Source: Camelus dromedarius (Eukaryota). Taken from it: a DNA stretch of 64,000 nt. The notes under the pieces were generated by a model. That model saw only the letters and a list, made by a program, of their open reading frames with translations. It made no database searches and was not told the origin of the DNA. The position numbers and the translations under genes are program-made. The stretch spans positions 88,042,001-88,106,000 of the forward strand of contig NC_087436.1 of assembly GCF_036321535.1 (NCBI RefSeq), read 5' to 3'. Shown here one piece after another: positions 56,492 to 64,000 of this stretch; position 1 is the first letter of the stretch, and each line of letters starts with the position of its first letter.

Positions 56492-56989
56492 TAGGAGTTT
56501 TAGTAATTGATTTATGAATTTAGTAGAGTTTTCAGAGAATTGTAAAAATTGAAATTGGAAAAGATCCAAAGCGCAACAGAAGGGCAAATTTTTTTATATC
56601 TATTTCCTCCTTTTTTTTTTTTAAACAACTTTCTGTTCTTGATTTTACTAGCTCTGTGTTTGATAGGTCATTCAGACTTCATTCTAGGTATTTACCTGTG
56701 TTGACAGATGCTTTAAATTATATATTGTAATACAGGAAAAGTTGGGTGTAGTCTTACATTAAACCATAAACTCATTTATTTTACATTAGTGATGAATTGT
56801 ATTCTGAAGCATATGACTATTTAGGAGCTGTTGTCTGTCTAATTACATCTTTTCTATTCAGAGATTTAAGGCGTTTTATCCCCCGTTTAACTGTCCAGTA
56901 ACTTTGAGGGGTTATTCTGTGAATTTTTATGCAGCTTGGAGAAAGCTTGGAGAATTGGACAGATACTTGGCCACTTAAGATAGAGGTAT

Positions 56990-57200
56990 AATAATAATAA
57001 ACATTGTGCCAGGCATTGAGCTAAGTGCTTTGCATTCTTTATCTTATTTTAAACCTCACAACTCTATAGGATATGATTCTCAACTTTACATGTTAGGAAA
57101 GTGAGGCTTCAAGCATTTTGGCGTATCCTCCCTGAAGTCACACACCTTACAAATAGAAAGCTGAAACATTAATGCCCATCTGTCCTCTGATCCCAGGGTG
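56990..57200 (-). mobile_element. MIR SINE
   Basis: tgtgccaggcattgagctaagtgctttgcat...aacctcacaactctatagg...tttacatgttaggaaagtgaggct. Confidence 0.7.
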
Positions 57201-57552
57201 ACTGTACTGGTTGAGGGAGCAGTGGGTCTAGGGAGAAATAATAGCATATTTCTAACCTGGGGAGATGTGATAGATCAAGAAATTGTTCTTATAGAAAATT
57301 TGCCCTTTGTCATTCTTAGTTAGATTACTCCACAAGATCGTATTTCTTTTTTTTTTTTAATTTCAATTTTTTCATTTTTCAGTTTTATTAGGTAGAATTG
57401 TTATAATTAAACTGCCCATATACAATATAGCGCATGTAAATACATATATACATCTCATATATTTTTAAAATTTATATATATGTACTGTTCATTGTTTCTA
57501 AGAACATTTAGAGCTTTAGCTTTTTAAACTAACATAGTTATCAAAGGGATAG

Positions 57553-57745
57553 AGCCAACGACAAAATAAGCATTAATTCAAAAAGATACATACATTTGCT
57601 ATTAATGGCAACATTATTTATAATTGCCAAAATATGGAAGCATCCTAAATGCATATCAATAGATGAATGGATAAAGAAGATGCAGCATATATATGTAATG
57701 GAATACAACTCACCCATAAAAAAGAAGGATATTTTGCCATTTGCG
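57553..57745 (+). mobile_element. L1 ORF2 C-terminal fragment
   Basis: ATLFIIAKIWKHPKCISIDEWIKKMQHIYVMEYNSPIKKKDILPFA in ORF 57596-57883. Confidence 0.85.
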
Positions 57746-57940
57746 GTCCTTCATTCACTTTTTTTTTTTCACTTCAAAAACCAGAATTTTTTAACTGGTA
57801 TAATAAACAGGGATTGTATTTCTTGTTACAAATGGGAAAACTGCTACAGAATTTCTTTGTTTATGAAAGTGATTGAAATATAATTTACATATCCAGTGCT
57901 TTTTCATGGAAAAATGTTCATTCTCTTCTTTCTCCTGTAG

Positions 57941-58060
<120 letters not shown>

Positions 58061-61000
58061 TGACCTGTAAATACTGACTACAGTATATTCACTTCTGCAT
58101 ATACACTGAACAGTATATAATAAAATTTTTAATACTACAGTTCATTTGAATAGTAATACTGTACCACATTCTTTTTCTTATATATACTTCATTTCTTCTA
58201 CCGGGAATCATGCATAGACATGAATAAACTTTTTATTAAAAATTTAGTTGGTCTGAATGAATGCAAAATTATGTATTTTTAGTAATTGTTTTTATTATCT
58301 TAGATCTAGCAATATTTGTTAATAAATAAACTCCTTTAGAATTTCAGAGAATTAATCTTACAGAACTCCCTAGATCCTTATTTTGTGTTTTCTTTTGAGA
58401 AAATTCAGTAATGTTGGCTCGAACCTGAATAATATGAAAAAAGCCTTGATAATAAAATATCACTAAAAGCACATTTAATGAAGTATGCCCAGCCAGATCT
58501 AACAGAAAGATGCTGAATCCACATGGATGTGAAATTTCCTGAAATGATTCTGACTTGAATCAAGGGATAATTGTTCCTGACACTATTTGACACTATTTGG
58601 TCCAGGTCCAGTCTCTTAACAGAAAACAAAACAATGAGATATAAGGATCATTATCTTCCCCGGATACTCTGCTCGCAGGATCTAAATAGGATCTTCTTTT
58701 CTTCTATGGACAGGAGTACAGTTAATATCTGACACACAACTTGGGGATATTCCTCATCTGCATGTCATGTGAATGCTTGATTTGAATACCGTTTTGACGC
58801 ATATGTGAATATATTTGCATTTTGCTTATGTGTTATAGAAACATGGCAGACATGATATTTTATTTCCTGTTATTCTTCTAAGTTAGGGTTACGACTGGAA
58901 ACCTTATACTTTGAACCTTATACTTATACAATGAAATTGAGGCACAGAGATACTAAATGACTTGTCTCTGGCCCTACAGTTCATCGTGATACTGTGAGAA
59001 ATAGGGCTGCCTCTTCTTTCTCACTTCGGAAATGATCCACTGGACATTATCCTAGATTTTTTTTTTATGATTTTGTTTATCATTTTGAAAAATATCTTGA
59101 TTTCCTAGTAAGGTATACAGAAAGTAGAAGTCTTTGAAAAACAATCAAGCTGGTTAAATTCTTAATGTCATGCAACACGAAAAAATGTTTTATCTAATTA
59201 AGTACATCATATTGTTTTCTGTCCTGATTTTGATAATTTGTATAGACTTAGATACTGAAAGTAAATTAATTGATCATTTGCTGGGTAGTATGATTCTTCA
59301 AACTTTTAATAAAATATTTTAAGACACGCATTTAAGTGTTTCTGGAAGGTTGCTTTTGTTTCATGACAATTCACACTTTTCTGTTGCTTGTTGGAATGTT
59401 TTTATATATATATACACATATATATATACATTTCCACCTAACATATTTGCAGTTCTTTCGCAGTACCTTAACTGTTTTTTTTGTCTTAAGGCTTTCATTT
59501 AAAATGCTCTATTTTCTTTGAACCCTTACCTTCTGTTAAATATTTCTGGCGTATTGTCCATTTGCATTAATGGCTGTGTTAATCTGCCAGGCCAAGATAA
59601 GAGCCACTTAGCATGAATATTTGGAACATAGTTGTCTTGACCATTAACCCTTAACTTACATTAAGGCTCTATTCAGCAGAAATTTCATGAATTGGTTCCT
59701 GTTTGTTAAGTTTTAGATACTGTGGCTATGCTGCATAGTTGAGGTAAGGAGTTGAGCATTCAGGGGAAAGCTATGCTAGTGATCTGTTGTAACAGGTGTA
59801 ACTTACTTGTTTTGTGTATAGGAAAAAATGGTCCAAGATAAAGGTCTTAACCTAAATTGATTTTGTTTTGAGATTCAAGTAATCTCTCTTTTTTTTAGAA
59901 GTTGTGTGACCTTTTTATTAAATATTCAAACACTATATAAGCATATGAAGCAAAAAGTGACAATCTCCCACATAATCCTTAACCCCAAGGAGAGCTGTTG
60001 TTAATGTGTTATCTATGGAACATACAAGTAAATGTAAGGATATGTAGATACGTACCGAAATATAGACCACATACGTTGTTCTATATACTATTTAAAAATA
60101 TTTTGTCATTACCTCTATTCTTTGCCATTACTTACGGCTCTACCTCATGCTTTTCAAAGATGATAGCTATTATTCAAGTAATCTCTTGATTTAAAAAAAA
60201 AATCTATGACACTTTTCCATTCCCTAAATCAACTACTTCTTAAAATAAAAATGAATTTTTATTAATATTTACTACAGGCTAGAGTCTCTAAGTAAAATTC
60301 CTCATTTAATTCTTACTGTAACTGTGGCTGAAAGAAGATAAATAAGTAACCCAAGGTTAGGGAGCCAAAACGTGTTAGAGATAGGATTTGCATTTAAATC
60401 CATCCAGTGCCATAACTTTTGATCTTTCTGGCCTACCACGTTACCTTTCAATGTACTAATGTACTATAAGGAGCGTTGCTGTACTGAATACTTTTTAAAA
60501 TATTTGGGCTGTAGTTCTGGGGTATTAAAAAGGCATTATTCCCTGTAGTCATAAGAATAAATATGACACATTTTCAAGACACTTTAAGATATTACACAAT
60601 GTTTAAAAAATTACCCTGCAATTTTTCAAGTTGGTGACCGTGAAAAATGAGCATTAGTCTGTAGGTCCAAAAATACCATGAGAGATTATCAGTTTATTTT
60701 CACTGAAAGTGTTGAATCTATGATTTTCGCCCCATACGTAATTTGGTAGTTTCCTCTTCTCCTGTCTTTATGTCAGTTGAGGTCATTAGGTGAAAAATGA
60801 TTCTAAAGTTTCTGAAGAATAATTGAGAGAGAGGGAGAGAGAGAAGTAAGAGTAGATGCCATATAAAAATGATCTGAAGATTTTTTTTCTACAGTATATG
60901 CTTATTTCCTTTTGGAAATTGAAACTTGCCTGATATCAAATGCAGTGTTTTCAGAGGAAAAATTAGATAGTTAAAAATTTACCTATTCTCTCTCTGTTTA

Positions 61001-61202
61001 AGTGTTGTAGATGTATCCCATGAAGCCCAAATTATAGAAAAAAAATTTTCCCTCAGTGTTTCTAGCCACTGTCTTGGAAATTTCAAATTTCTTCTAAATA
61101 GAGACCTTGGTGAAGAGCTGTCTTGTTTTGTGCTTATTTTCATCTAACATGCATGTGCTGCATCTCATGTTTATGTTTGCTGTCTCACATTGCTTTATTT
61201 AG

Positions 61203-61247
61203 ATGCCATCTAACAACAGTATCAGAAAACAAATAGAAACACTCCAG
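61203..61247 (+). CDS. FRYL: FRYL 45-nt cassette microexon MPSNNSIRKQIETLQ
   Basis: cacattgctttatttag| ... CAG|GTGAGT (consensus donor). Phase 0-0, no stop. CTAAC branch-point-like motif at 61144-61148. Confidence 0.85.
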
Positions 61248-62889
61248 GTGAGTCGTGTTGATGTTACAAAGTAAAATATTGCTTTATCTCCTTTAAGTGT
61301 GGCTTTTCCCCCCCGCATTTACCCATTGCTGCATTGCATGTCCCACGTATTTATTCAAACCTGCTTCTCATATTGCAGAAGAAGAGTAGTGCACAGCAGG
61401 AGCATTCTCCCAAAGGTTTAATATTAATGTGGCCCTGGGAAGATAAATTTTAAGAGGTAGCAGTGATACCAAACGTTGATTTTTTAACCTAATCTTCAAT
61501 TTTAAAATATTCTGTTGAATTTATAGCTGTTATAAATGATACTTTAAAAAACATTTTCCCATGAAATTAAGGAGACAGTAACCCAGATTTTGAATATGAT
61601 TTTAAAAAACTTTGATCTTACTGTTTTGAGTTTTAAACAAATCTTTTTTTGTTGTTCAGTAGGAAAAAAAGGAGGAAACATTAAAATGATTGCTGCCAAA
61701 GAGCATATTTGACTGACATCAAAACATTATTATGTTAATACTACTGGATTTTATTAATGTAATCTGATTATTCAAATTAGACCAAAATTGTAACTAGGGA
61801 TGTTTTTATTATTCAGATATGTATAGTAGCTTTGTAGTGACCAAATAAACCATCAGTTATCAATTTTGTCACTTTTTTGTTTTGTTCATAAAATAAGTCT
61901 GCTTTGTAAAACACAGCAGTCCATATTGAAAAGTTTGAAAATCAAATTTTATTTCTTGCCAACTACCTCAGCACATAAGATGACCCAAATACTTTGTTAA
62001 CAATTTATATGAGAAGAATTTTATGTGAAATTGGACTTTTAATATTTTTAATACATAATTTATATTATTTTTAGTATTCATATTTTGAAAATATAATTTT
62101 AACAACATGAAAGCATTATTTGGAATGCACATAAAACTAATTGAACTCTGAGATCTTGCATTTAAGTGATGGAAATGAAAGTTACATGATAGAAAAGAAA
62201 GTACTGCAAAAAGCTTGGTTTTTAATATTAGTGACATACTTTGTAGTATTAGTATCAAGTTAATAGAAAGCTGCTCAGGGAATGTATTTGAAAGTTGGAA
62301 TCACTGATTTGTCAGTAGAGGGAGGGATTCCATGTTGAGACTCTGACAAGCTGAGTAGTTGATATCCTCTTCAGAATTTAAATATCAAATCTTCATACAC
62401 ATAGATGTGCAAAATTATATTTTCTAGTGGTTGTCCTTTTTTTTTTAAAAATCCGCAGTGGTAATCTTTTTTCATTGCTTTTAGTCATACGTAGTAGATG
62501 TCTATTATTCTATAATTTGAGAAAACATAAAATAGAAGTAGCTAAAATACTTAGAATTTTAAAACTCCCTTTTGTCCATGGCTATATATAAAATACTTGT
62601 TTAACAACAAGAAATCCCTCAAACCAAATTAAATAAATGCTCATTTATACCACTAAATGTATCCTAGAACTGATAGACACATAGTTTTTCCTACTAAAGG
62701 TGATTATTAGCTACATTTTCAAAATTTATAATTAAATCTCATTCTGTAACTCTTGTCATTTGAGAACTTCACTTTTTATCATAGCTAGTATGAAGAAAAG
62801 GGTTGCTGATCAAATTGTGATTGAAGTGGAATACTTTTCTAATTTTAAATAATTATGTTCTAATTCTAAATAAAAAATGAAAGGTAAAC

Positions 62890-63090
62890 CCCTGGCACTT
62901 AGTGAGCATTAACAGATACCAGGCCAGTGTTCTCACTGTTTTTCATACTTCCTTAGTCTGTGAGATAGGTACCATGTTATCTCCATGTTAGAGATGCAAA
63001 AATTGTGTCACCAAGCAGTATAACAGTGTCCAAGGATGGGGTTTGGCCAGTCATTCCTGATTTCAGAGTACATGCTCTTAACCCACCATT
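62890..63090 (-). mobile_element. MIR SINE (degenerate)
   Basis: ctgtgagataggtaccatgttatctccatgttagagatgc...ctgatttcagagtacatgctcttaacc. Confidence 0.6.
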
Positions 63091-63555
63091 CTGTAGTCCT
63101 TCTTTTAAGGATAATCACTCAATAATGTTTTGCATTATTTCATAAGTGCAAATATCTGTAACAACATTTGGTGTCCTAAATTTTAACTGTAAATGGGCTG
63201 CAGTGAATTATGGTGAAGATGAATAATCCTTTCACCATTATGTCAGTATTGTTTTGTGACCTATTTACCATCAGGTAAGTTGAAGTGTGTATAATTTTCA
63301 AATTCTTAGAAATAGTAATATAATTCTAGTATTTTACTATTTTGTTTTGAGAATATAAAGAATGACTCAGAGTTGCCTTATTTATGGTTGCTTTTGAGCT
63401 ATCTGTACTTACCATATACCAAATATATACTTACTGTATGAAAATATATATACTTACAAATTAAACCTGTTTTAGAGTGAATGAGAAAGGGAAGGGAGAA
63501 GGCTTTTAGCTGTTGACAAAGAATATAATTGATCTTAAATTATTGTGTGTAATAA

Positions 63556-63696
<141 letters not shown>

Positions 63697-63875
63697 TGAG
63701 TGCCTTTGTTTTGAAGTGTATTTAAAATAACATCTTGGTAAAAAATCACTCTATGGAATTTTAGTTAACATTATAAATACCTTGAGAAGGAATATGAATT
63801 CTCTTGACATGTTATAAAGAATTGGAAGGATATTTTGCTACTGTTTTGTTAATTTCGTTATCTTATTATGACTAA

Positions 63876-64000
<125 letters not shown>

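Overview
AT-rich mammalian genomic DNA. It is very probably camelid (alpaca/camel), judged from three Vic-1-like tRNA-derived SINEs and no recognisable Alu, B1, Bov-tA or CAN SINEs. The window holds the 5' part of FRYL (Furry-like) on the + strand. Thirteen GT-AG exons from 26291 to the window end splice into one open frame of 430 codons from the conventional start ([15 protein letters not shown]...VKIIQFIA), and the gene runs off the right edge. Introns are full of old L1, L2, MIR, LTR and DNA elements plus younger lineage-specific SINE and L1 insertions. The most interesting signal is missing from the ORF track. An upstream CpG-enriched exon ending at a GTAAGT donor (5814|5815) carries ATG 5742 and encodes MLSLQDSVFFEISIKSLLKSWSSS. 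It splices in frame to the 26291 acceptor and adds 51 aa that resemble the N-terminus of the paralog FRY. Its leader contains a 30-unit interrupted CCG/CTG/CTA triplet repeat and a same-frame uORF. A 45-nt cassette microexon (61203-61247) has SRRM4, RBFOX and NOVA-type motifs. There are no prokaryotic features. Repeat family names come from recalled consensus sequences, and repeat boundaries are approximate unless target-site duplications (TSDs) are given.
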